From NCBI GenBank assembly GCA_963737155.1, contig CAVTRN010000001.1, positions 1,120,001 to 1,184,000 of the forward strand: DNA of 64,000 bases. The letters run 5' to 3'. This DNA is from Nitrospirota bacterium (GTDB taxonomy: Bacteria > Nitrospirota > UBA9217). This document shows, piece by piece, positions 27,291-35,281 of the stretch. Position numbers and translations under genes: made by a program. The first letter of the stretch is position 1. Each line of letters begins with the position of its first letter. Below the pieces are notes generated by a model. The model made no database searches. It was not told where the DNA came from and saw only the letters and a list, made by a program, of their open reading frames with translations.

Positions 27291-27371
27291 AGTTCAGAAT
27301 TAGCAGCTCACAGTTCAGCGTTCAAAGTTAGCAGTATGAATTTATTACTCTGAACTTTGAATCCTGAACTT
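27291..27371. repeat. Degenerate heptamer repeats arranged as an inverted pair in the nuoA-nuoB spacer
   Basis: AGTTCAG/AGCTCAC/AGTTCAG/CGTTCAA on the left facing CTGAACT/TTGAATC/CTGAACT on the right; a similar unit lies in the ITS at ~2991-3045. Confidence 0.65.
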
Positions 27372-27764
27372 TTAACTTGATTTTGCAAACGTTCCCCATT
27401 CCAGCGCGCCGATTTTCCAGACATATACCAGTGCAGCAACCAGGATGCCGATAAAGACTAGCATTTCCGCGTAGCCGGTCCACCCCGTCTCGCGGATCGA
27501 TACAGCCCAGGCAAAGACGAAGACTGCTTCGAGGTCGAAGATCACGAAGAACATGGCGATGAGATAGAATTTTACATCGAAGCGCACCCGAGCGGTGCCG
27601 GTTGACGCAATACCCGACTCGTACGGCTCGTTTGTCTGCTTTTCCCGGTGACGTTCACCCAGCACATAGGAAAGAGCTATTATCGTTACCACGAGGCCTA
27701 CCACAGAAGAGAAGTACACGATCAGGGGCCAAAGATTATTCGAAACAGTTGGAGATTCAGCCAT
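27372..27764 (-). CDS. nuoA: NADH-quinone oxidoreductase subunit A
   Basis: PYESG, KFYLIAMFFVIFDLEA, GALEW; ATG at 27764 preferred over TTG at 27770. Confidence 0.96.
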   Translation of the reverse strand: MAESPTVSNNLWPLIVYFSSVVGLVVTIIALSYVLGERHREKQTNEPYESGIASTGTARVRFDVKFYLIAMFFVIFDLEAVFVFAWAVSIRETGWTGYAEMLVFIGILVAALVYVWKIGALEWGTFAKSS

Positions 27765-27770
27765 ATGCAA

Positions 27771-27798
27771 AGAATATCACAGGGAAAGCGAATGTCAA
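27771..27798 (-). promoter_or_regulatory. nuo operon promoter (probably leaderless transcript)
   Basis: Minus strand TTGACA (27798-27793), 16 bp, TG-n-TATTCT (27776-27771), 6 nt, ATG; no Shine-Dalgarno. Confidence 0.7.
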
Positions 27799-27887
27799 GC
27801 AAGTAGCGGGAAAGGAATGGGAAATGATTAGTATGCTAAGAGAAGAATAGACAGCCTAATTTTATACGATATAGAAGCACATGCCGT

Positions 27888-28220
27888 TCAAGTGATCTCA
27901 TGTAGTAATCGCCTTCTGAACAGGAATGGAATTGAGTTTTGACGGTCCAGATCAGAGCGAATAGCGTCAAACTGTCGGGCGGTAATGCCATATTCAACAA
28001 GATACTGATTTTTGAATGTTATTGGTTTGCTGCCCGAACGAACGCTGTCTTTAAATAGAGTACGTTTGATATGGCCATATGAGTCGCCCATATCATCAAG
28101 AGCAGCATAAAGAGACTTCCTTGCCTTCAGAGAAGACACATCAAACAACAAAATATGAGCGGTAAAAGAAAGTGATTCACTTTTTCCGCTCTTTGTCTTT
28201 TTATCTTTTCTATTTGCCAT
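27888..28220 (-). pseudogene. N-terminal fragment of a TnpB-related accessory protein
   Basis: Overlaps the tnpA stop; FKNQYLVEYGITARQFDAIRSDLD resembles TnpB-related N-termini; no RuvC or zinc-finger part remains. Confidence 0.6.
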
Positions 28221-28767
28221 TTTCCATAGCCTCAAGAGCTTTTTTCGCCTTATTGACCGCCGACCGGCGCCCGTAGAGCCTTACGCAGAACGACGTCAAC
28301 ACTTCAATCATGTCCTGCACCAAATCATCCTTAAGCTCAGACTCGTCTACAATAAAAATCTGACGGCCTTGAGCTTGAAGTGATAACCCAGATCCAAAAA
28401 GCATAAGCCGATCACGATGCTCCACGATAATAATACTGACGGTGGGATCGGCAAGCACCTTCATGAGTTCTTGTCTATATCCATTAAGATCAGAGCCAAT
28501 CTCGGTAACTGCTTTTGAAGCTGAAAATCCTTTTGATGCGGCATATACGGGAAGCCGACCAAACTGCGCGTCCAGGTCTTTCTTTTGGTCATGACTGGAA
28601 AGCCGGGCATAAAGAGCAACGGCACCTTGACTGGTTTTCTGCTCTTTGACGATGATCGTGCCGATTGGCATCTGCTCAGCCTCAACAGGAAGTTTGCCAG
28701 CCTTCCACCATTTCCATGCAGATTGATAGGTAATACCCTTTTGTTTTGCCTAAATGCTTAATTTCAT
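28210..28767 (-). pseudogene. IS607 TnpA serine recombinase with a nonsense codon at position 6
   Basis: ATG 28767: MKLSI*AKQKGITYQSAWKWWKAGKLP (TAG where Trp is expected), then ALYARLSSHDQKKDL, VEHRDRL, DDLVQDMIEVLTSFCVRLYGRRSA. Confidence 0.9.
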
Positions 28768-28875
28768 GTATACAATATAAAAGTTAACAGTTGAGTACCC
28801 CTAGCTCTAGATATAGGGAGTGTCCAGATCATGTCGTATCCGATGCAGGGGAGGCAGGGAGGCCAGAACTTTGCC

Positions 28876-28904
28876 TTGACTTTTAAGCGTTTATGCTCTA
28901 TAGT
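28876..28904 (+). promoter_or_regulatory. ihfA sigma70 promoter
   Basis: TTGACT, 17 bp, TATAGT, then SD GGAGG before ATG 28927. Confidence 0.7.
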
Positions 28905-28926
28905 ATGCTCCGTACAGGAGGGGACT

Positions 28927-29235
28927 ATGACGAAAGCAGACATCATCTCCGAGGTTTTTGACAAGGTCGGTTTGCCGAAACAGGACGCGGAAGAGATGGT
29001 TGAGATGATTCTGGGTTCAATCAAGCAGACCTTGAAAGAGGGTGAGACCGTGAAGCTTTCGGGCTTTGGAAACTTTGTGGTCCGTAAGAAAAACTCGAGA
29101 AAAGGCAGGAATCCCAAGACGGGCCAGGAAATCGAGATTACCCCTAGAAGCGTCGTCAGTTTCAGGCCAAGCATGATTTTCAAAGACCATGTCATCGAAT
29201 CCCCAACAACAGCCACCACCTCTACCGCCGAGTAG
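28927..29235 (+). CDS. ihfA: Integration host factor subunit alpha
   Basis: MTKADI, VKLSGFGNF, GRNPKTG, VVSFRPS; followed by the usual MerR-like gene. Confidence 0.92.
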   Translation: MTKADIISEVFDKVGLPKQDAEEMVEMILGSIKQTLKEGETVKLSGFGNFVVRKKNSRKGRNPKTGQEIEITPRSVVSFRPSMIFKDHVIESPTTATTSTAE

Positions 29236-29533
29236 GATCTTTTACCGCATCGGTGAAGTAAGTCGTATTGCGGGTCTGGAGCAATATGTACTCCGTTATT
29301 GGGAGACGGAATTCCCACAGATAAGGCCTGAAAAAGGCAAAACGGGCCAGCGACGCTATACAAAAAAAGATTTAGACAACATCCTCCTGATCAAGCAGCT
29401 GCTGTACAAGGAAGGGTACACGATTGCTGGCGCCCGAAAAAGGATGAACGGAAAAGGAGAGCAGGAAAATATCAGCGCAGTCATTGAGTCAGCCAGGGAC
29501 GAGCTAAGAGAAATACTGGAAATGCTGAAATAA
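29189..29533 (+). CDS. MerR-family HTH regulator (ihfA-associated)
   Basis: [36 protein letters not shown]. Confidence 0.9.
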   Translation: MSSNPQQQPPPLPPSRIFYRIGEVSRIAGLEQYVLRYWETEFPQIRPEKGKTGQRRYTKKDLDNILLIKQLLYKEGYTIAGARKRMNGKGEQENISAVIESARDELREILEMLK

Positions 29534-29609
29534 ACGGTTTTTGATTAGGAGTCGAGAAAAAAGTCTATTTTCTCCCGCTGAACTGATCTGGACGCAAAAG
29601 AAAATTTTT

Positions 29610-29686
29610 CGGGGCGTGGCGCAGCCTGGTAGCGTACTCGCTTGGGGTGCGAGTGGTCGGCCGTTCAAATCGGCTCGCCCCGACCA
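29610..29686 (+). tRNA. tRNA-Pro(GGG)
   Basis: CGGGGCGTGGCGCAGCCTGGTAGCG, anticodon arm CTCGC-TTGGGGT-GCGAG, encoded CCA. Confidence 0.97.
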
Positions 29687-29693
29687 ATAAATT

Positions 29694-29725
29694 AAGCCCA
29701 TAAACATTAGCGTTTATGGGCTTTT
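29694..29725 (+). terminator. Intrinsic terminator after tRNA-Pro
   Basis: AAGCCCATAAAC-loop-GTTTATGGGCTTTT. Confidence 0.85.
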
Positions 29726-29789
29726 CTATTTTATTGCAATTTTCACTGAAAATCTTTCATATCGCACATAACTTAAACCTGCAACTTTA

Positions 29790-31091
29790 TCACGCCACAT
29801 GGGAGTGCGGATGTTCATAACTTCTTGAGGCATAGTATGCAAACATGTTCCTGCCCATTTCTTTAGCGTAATACAGTGCCCTGTCTGCATATTGGAGGAG
29901 GGTATTGATTTCTGCACTATCGTCAGGATACACGCTGATACCTATGCTGATTGTTATAGGCAGCTCGCGACCGTCAACAACGCACTTTTCACTGAACGCG
30001 TTCAGGATCTTCCTAGCAATTCCGTCAATATCCTCCCGCTGTTCAAATCCGCCGAGCAAGATGTTGAACTCGTCCCCCCCGATCCGGGCAATGGCGTCCG
30101 AATCCCTTATAGCAGCTTTGAGGCGCATCGCGACCGTCCGAAGCAACTGATCGCCCGCTTCATGCCCCAGCGTATCATTAATCTCCTTGAAGTGGTCGAG
30201 GTCAAGGAACAGCAGCCCCGCTTTCTTGTGATTGCGGTGGGCTTCTGCCAACCCGAAGTGTAGAAGTTCCATGAAAAGACGTCTGTTCGGCAGGCCGGTC
30301 AGTGCGTCATGATTCGCCATGTGCCGTATCTTTTCTTCCAGCCATTTGCGCTTCGAGATGTCAACGACGAAGGCGATGCCATTCGGCTCGCCTTCGAGCT
30401 TCGCAGCTCCGAAGAGACCCCAGTGTCGCGTACCGCCTGGACCGATGTATTCCGTTTCATAGGGCGTGATACGACCGCTCGCTTTGAACTCCGCGGCGAC
30501 TTTGAGCATGTGCGGCATCCACTTCAGCGGCACTAAGCGGTCCCATCGCACTTTGCCTGCCAAGAGGTTCTTCCGGCTGTGGCCGATCATCGAAAGGAAT
30601 GTGTCATTGGCCTCTGTGATCCGTCCATCGGTGTCGAAGTAGCCAATGCCGATTATGCCGCTCTCGCTCAAACGCCGGAAGCGTAGCTCGCTGCGCTGCA
30701 ACGCCTCGACAGCACGCTTCCGCTCGATGGCATATCGAATGGATCGCACCAAAAGGCTATCGTTGATCTTCATTTTTGTCAAATAATCCTGCACGTCCAA
30801 GTGCAGAAGTTTGATTGCAACCTTTTCATCGTCCATGTCAGTAAGTACGATCAGCGGAATCTCCGGTGATTGTTCTCTGACCGCCTGAACCACCTCTATT
30901 CCATTGCCATCGGGCAGCCTCAGGTCTACGAGAGCCACATCAAAGCCGCCCTTCTTCAGAAAAACAAGACCTTCGCAGAGCAGCGGAACATAGACACACG
31001 AAAAGGCATGCTTTTTAAGCATAATGCTGATGAGTTCGACATCATCAGGATTATCCAGGATGGCAAGCACTTGTATGTCTGGCTTGATCAT
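29790..31091 (-). CDS. Diguanylate cyclase, REC-PAS-GGDEF
   Basis: Receiver (DVALVDLRLPD, DYLTK), PAS (ITEANDTFL), HDALTGLPNR and ARIGGDEF; start 31091 has an SD, 31133 is also possible. Confidence 0.92.
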   Translation of the reverse strand: MIKPDIQVLAILDNPDDVELISIMLKKHAFSCVYVPLLCEGLVFLKKGGFDVALVDLRLPDGNGIEVVQAVREQSPEIPLIVLTDMDDEKVAIKLLHLDVQDYLTKMKINDSLLVRSIRYAIERKRAVEALQRSELRFRRLSESGIIGIGYFDTDGRITEANDTFLSMIGHSRKNLLAGKVRWDRLVPLKWMPHMLKVAAEFKASGRITPYETEYIGPGGTRHWGLFGAAKLEGEPNGIAFVVDISKRKWLEEKIRHMANHDALTGLPNRRLFMELLHFGLAEAHRNHKKAGLLFLDLDHFKEINDTLGHEAGDQLLRTVAMRLKAAIRDSDAIARIGGDEFNILLGGFEQREDIDGIARKILNAFSEKCVVDGRELPITISIGISVYPDDSAEINTLLQYADRALYYAKEMGRNMFAYYASRSYEHPHSHVA

Positions 31092-31544
31092 GGCGCGCCT
31101 CCGTTCCCAATGGGGCGTTGACGGTAGCATCAACGTTCTTCGCGCGGATGGCTCACTTATGTTCTAATTGGACCCCTACTATTGGTTGCGTCATAGCGGT
31201 GACAAAAATTATATTTATATTATAGATGTTAATTAGATTATGTAACTATAGCACATTTTTTCTGATAATTGTGCATTTTTGAACCGATTTCAGGTTTGTT
31301 AATCCGCGACCAGGTTCGCAGTAGGTTGGAGGGATAAAAGCGGTGGCAGAATGACGTTAGGTATCAAGCTATTATAAAAGACATCCTATTTGAAGAACTT
31401 TCAGCTATGCAGTAATGAAAATGTATATTTCAAGTTCACGAAAGATAAGGGAGCACTTTATTATTCGTTCAAGACACGCTGCTAATAGGTTGATACGAAA
31501 AGTAAGTTCGGAATGAGAGAGGTTATTGCAAATACAATGGCTAG

Positions 31545-31703
31545 GAACTGATCTATGTCCGAGTATGCACCTGAAGGGGCGCGCCGAAGTTGGATTAGGC
31601 AATGCAGGAGGAGCAGCCGCGGCATGGCATGGAGAGAGTTCTGCTGGCGCTGATCACACTGCTCAGGAAAATTCGTGAAATCCTCGATGACTCACCGTCA
31701 TGA
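31545..31703 (+). pseudogene. Possible decayed C-terminal receiver-domain remnant
   Basis: ORF 31602-31703 ends LLRKIREILD, a typical end of hybrid-kinase receiver domains; MSEYAPE lies upstream in another frame. Confidence 0.35.
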
Positions 31704-31978
31704 TATGGGAAAAGTGTAAATCCGGAAAAGGCATCCTGGCAATTTTCGAGAGTTTACAGATCATGCTCTTTGGCTCGACACGGTTTTATTAGTGGAACAA
31801 AACAACCAAAATTTCATACTCCCTGCCTGAACTCTTTTATCATAGAATGTGAGCTGCCAATGACGCTGGTCCAGGCCTTGTCGTGTCACGGTTGTCTTTC
31901 CCCTTTACTTTTCCCATATACTTATTGTATAAACCACAGAAGTGACACTAATTCTTCTTGTTGCCCTGAGGTATTACC

Positions 31979-32752
31979 ATGATTCTCGTAACCAATGACG
32001 ACGGTATCTACTCCCCGGGCATTCAAACACTAGCAAAGCGCCTTCGCGAGCTCGACACGGTTGTGATCGTGGCGCCTGACCGTGAACGCAGCGCAGCAGG
32101 CCACTCTATGACGCTCCACCGGCCGCTGCTGATCGAGGAACTCAAGGAATCCATGTTCAGCGTGAACGGTACGCCGACGGACTGTGTAAATATCGCTGTC
32201 AAGGGTCTGCTGAAGGATATGCCGAAGCTGGTCGTCTCTGGTATCAACAAAGGGCCGAACCTGGGAGATGATGTGACCTATTCCGGCACTGTGGCTGGCG
32301 CTATCGAGGGACTCATGCTCGGAATTCCTTCCTTTGCCATATCACTGAATGCGCGCGAGGACTTCCGATTTGCCGATGCGGCTGAAATTGCGGCCCGCAC
32401 GGCAGAACGTATTCTGGAGCAGGGGCTTCCCAATGGCACGCTCCTTAATATCAATGTCCCCAATCTCCCCGTGATTGAAATGCAGGGAACACGCATTACA
32501 AGGCTTGGCAAGCGGATATATCATCAGATGACAGTGGAACGGGTGGACCCACGCGGGAAAAAATACTACTGGATAGGGGGAGGCGAGCCCGACTGGGAGC
32601 GGGAAGACGGAACGGATCTCGATGCGGTAGACCGGAAATTCGTTTCCATCACGCCTCTTCACCTCGACCTTACTGACTATTCCTCGTTCGACCGGTTACG
32701 GGCCATGGAATCAATGTCCTATGCAGCACCGCTGCACAGGAGCGCCGAGTGA
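31979..32752 (+). CDS. surE: 5'/3'-nucleotidase SurE
   Basis: [33 protein letters not shown]. Confidence 0.97.
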   Translation: MILVTNDDGIYSPGIQTLAKRLRELDTVVIVAPDRERSAAGHSMTLHRPLLIEELKESMFSVNGTPTDCVNIAVKGLLKDMPKLVVSGINKGPNLGDDVTYSGTVAGAIEGLMLGIPSFAISLNAREDFRFADAAEIAARTAERILEQGLPNGTLLNINVPNLPVIEMQGTRITRLGKRIYHQMTVERVDPRGKKYYWIGGGEPDWEREDGTDLDAVDRKFVSITPLHLDLTDYSSFDRLRAMESMSYAAPLHRSAE

Positions 32753-33393
32753 TTAATTTCGAGAAAGAACGCCTACGCATGGTGGAGGAGCAGATTGCTG
32801 GCAGGGGAGTGAAGGATGAAAGGGTGCTGGCGACCATGCGCAAGGTGCAGCGCCATGAATTCTTGCCTGAAGCGATTCGCAGCATGGCCTACCAGGATAG
32901 CGCACTCCCCTTGGGCGAGGCCCAGACCATATCCCAACCTTACATGGTTGGCCTGATGACCGAACTCCTGGAGTTAAAGGGTTCTGAGCGTGTGCTTGAG
33001 ATCGGAACCGGATCAGGATACCAGGCGGCGGTCCTTGCCGAGTTGAGCGAAAAAGTGTATACCGTGGAGCGCATCAAACTGCTTGCCGACCTGGCGCGAG
33101 CCAGTCTTGACCGGCTTGGATACCGGAGCGTGGCTATTAAAGTATATGACGGAACCTACGGCTGGAAGGAAATGGCGCCATTTGACGCAATTTTGGTGAC
33201 GGCGGGCTCGCCCGATATCCCCGCCCCGCTAATCGACCAACTGAAAGAAGGCGGCAGGATGGTCATTCCCGTGGGGGGCCGGTATGGCCAGACTCTGATG
33301 AAAATTGTGAAAACGTCGCAGGGAACGGTGACGGAGCGAAGCATCCCGTGCGTGTTCGTGCCGCTTATCGGCAATCACGGGTGGAAGGAGTGA
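32749..33393 (+). CDS. pcm: Protein-L-isoaspartate O-methyltransferase
   Basis: [32 protein letters not shown]; follows surE. Confidence 0.97.
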   Translation: MINFEKERLRMVEEQIAGRGVKDERVLATMRKVQRHEFLPEAIRSMAYQDSALPLGEAQTISQPYMVGLMTELLELKGSERVLEIGTGSGYQAAVLAELSEKVYTVERIKLLADLARASLDRLGYRSVAIKVYDGTYGWKEMAPFDAILVTAGSPDIPAPLIDQLKEGGRMVIPVGGRYGQTLMKIVKTSQGTVTERSIPCVFVPLIGNHGWKE

Positions 33394-33469
33394 GTATCTC
33401 TTAAGATATCGGCAACTGGCAGGATGATTGCCGGTTATAATGCTGTGCCGGGGCGTTATCTCCTCAATT

Positions 33470-33606
33470 CCTATCGATGCATAGAGTAATGAAAGTACCA
33501 GCCCGATAACAGTTCCCAATAACGACCCGATCAGCACGTCCGTTGAATAGTGTGCCCCGAGCTATATTCTCGAAAAATCAATCAACCAGACCAGGAATAG
33601 AAAGCT
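33470..33606 (-). pseudogene. PAP2-family phosphatase C-terminal remnant
   Basis: FSRI*LGAHYSTDVLIGSLLG matches the SRxxxGxHxxxD motif with an in-frame TAG (33564-33562); the N-terminus is missing. Confidence 0.75.
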
Positions 33607-33705
33607 TGAAGAGTCATGAGTGGGTGCTTTGTCCGATGATTGACGGTTAAAGCAGGGGTTCAAATGATGAGTAAAGTTTTCAAAAGGCACAAATGTTTGT
33701 GCGGC

Positions 33706-34044
33706 TTATTTTTTCCGGAGGCAGCATTTTATGACGTTCGTGTCGCTCACCTCAATGAGGCCTTTATCGACAACTGAAGTAATATCCTCAAGGATATCGT
33801 TGATTATTTCTTCAGAATCGACTACTTCGATTTTGACTGGTAACGTTGTTGACAGTTCCAGCATCTTTGTCGTGTGAAGCACGCCGTCGCTGCCGTATCC
33901 GGCGAGGCCTCGGAACACACTGGCGCCGGCTACTTTCCTTTTAAAAAAAATGTCCAGGAGCAACTCATAAACTGGTTTGCCACGGAACTTTTCCCCCTCG
34001 TCGATGTATATTGTCAGTTTTTTTGCAGGGCCTTTTTTGACCAT
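33706..34044 (-). CDS. DUF190 (PII-like) protein
   Basis: IYIDEG, AGASVFRGLAGYG, LPVKIEVVD; usual partner downstream of crcB. Confidence 0.88.
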   Translation of the reverse strand: MVKKGPAKKLTIYIDEGEKFRGKPVYELLLDIFFKRKVAGASVFRGLAGYGSDGVLHTTKMLELSTTLPVKIEVVDSEEIINDILEDITSVVDKGLIEVSDTNVIKCCLRKK

Positions 34045-34139
34045 GGACAACTCCTTTCAAACTACTGTGGATGCAGAAACGAGGCATGGTCTTGCCTGAA
34101 TCCATTTTCTTTGTCTTTCAGGCGCTATGGTTGATGTTG

Positions 34140-34514
34140 CTATATGTTTTTTGCAAGCATTTCACCCAGTTTCAACGCAATAAAGCCGACCGTGACGCTG
34201 AAGACAACGTTCATCGCGGCGATCAGCCACTCACTGTCCCTTACGAGAGCTCCGGTTTCGTACTCAAACGTAGAAAAAGTCGTATAAGCGCCGAGGAAGC
34301 CGACAACGAGGAGTAGCCTCCATTGCGGATTGACCAGCAATCGCTCCGTAAAAAGGGTCATGAGCAGGCCGATGACAAAACTGCCGGAAACGTTGATGAC
34401 GAAGGTCCCGAGCGGAAAAATCCGGCCCCAGCGCTGCCCGATCCAGACCGCCATACCATAGCGGGCAATGGATCCGATAAACCCGCCGATGCCTATAATG
34501 AGAATGTTCATCAT
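34140..34514 (-). CDS. crcB: Fluoride channel Fluc/CrcB
   Basis: GGFIGSIARY, PLGTFVINVSG, GFLGAYTTFSTF. Confidence 0.96.
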   Translation of the reverse strand: MMNILIIGIGGFIGSIARYGMAVWIGQRWGRIFPLGTFVINVSGSFVIGLLMTLFTERLLVNPQWRLLLVVGFLGAYTTFSTFEYETGALVRDSEWLIAAMNVVFSVTVGFIALKLGEMLAKNI

Positions 34515-34684
34515 GATGTTTTCCAATTCCAAAAATGCTGTATTCTTATCAGATGGCGATTCGTAAGTCAATGAAAATGCAGAGGAGACTGGATATGTCG
34601 GATATCAGAGAAAAATCTTTTGCAAGGGGGTAAAAAAGTGTATAATAAATTAATTAAGCGGCATGCCATAGCGAGAGAAGGAGA

Positions 34685-34915
34685 ATGATCATGAGGGAAA
34701 AAGTAGAAGAGGCACTCAAGAAGGTACGGCCCATGCTTCAACGGGATGGTGGAGATATTGAACTTGTCAGCGTGGATGAGAAGGGTATTGTAAAGGTCCG
34801 GCTTAAAGGTGCCTGCGGTGCCTGTCCAATGTCGACCATGACGCTTAAGATGGGTGTCGAAAAGATGCTGAAACAGGAAGTTCCAGACGTCAAGGAAGTG
34901 GTACAAGTAGCCTAA
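34685..34915 (+). CDS. NifU/NfuA-like Fe-S carrier (Nfu domain only)
   Basis: [32 protein letters not shown]. Confidence 0.92.
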   Translation: MIMREKVEEALKKVRPMLQRDGGDIELVSVDEKGIVKVRLKGACGACPMSTMTLKMGVEKMLKQEVPDVKEVVQVA

Positions 34916-35163
34916 GTCAGTATTCCCCTGGCAGGTTCGGAAGGATTCGTTCGCGGGATGTCCGCCGATCCTGTCGGGGCATTTGACCGATTATTTCCCC
35001 CCGTCAGTCACATTATGTTTGCATTTAATCGCATCTAATTTCCCAAAAAATGAATTCTCACCCCTGAATTATTTCACCCGGGAAATGAATTTACTGTGCC
35101 GAAAAAATGTTGATATTTGAAATAAATCAGAATTATTCTCAATAGGATACGGGAAAAATTAGC

Positions 35164-35192
35164 TTGACACAAAAGCATCATTCTGTTATAAA
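35164..35192 (+). promoter_or_regulatory. rnf operon promoter
   Basis: TTGACA, 17 bp, TG-n-TATAAA. Confidence 0.7.
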
Positions 35193-35281
35193 CGGTGCGG
35201 CTCAGCAGATATTCTCAAGCTGTAATTTCCTGTAAAATTCACTGTTTTCTACTTTACTATAATAATATTGAATAATGGCAG

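Larger units (their letters stand above)
27884..28800 (-). mobile_element. Internally deleted, inactive IS607-family element
   Basis: Serine-recombinase tnpA pseudogene followed by a short TnpB-like fragment. Putative ends GGGTACTCAACTGTTAAC (left) and ...CACTTGAACGG (right) are inferred. Confidence 0.75.

Noticed and set aside
31560-31690. Glycine-riboswitch-like words (GCCGAAG, GGAGAG, CTCAGG)
   Set aside because: Order and pairing do not fit, and the downstream gene is surE; no such motif was seen before gcvH either.
28210-33606. Amber recoding or pyrrolysine suggested by in-frame TAGs in tnpA and PAP2
   Set aside because: Core genes such as nuoB, nuoCD, nuoF, nuoL, gcvH and trxA end normally at TAG, and other relics break at TAA or by frameshift.
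34515-34684. Fluoride riboswitch expected upstream of crcB
   Set aside because: No GGnGATGG..TCnCC / CTGATGAC-type motif found; only a possible promoter.
34916-34987. SRP RNA (CAGGTTCGGAAGGA resembles domain IV)
   Set aside because: It lacks the conserved AGCAG partner strand and the GGAA is not a tetraloop in the best fold; kept only as an unexplained hairpin.
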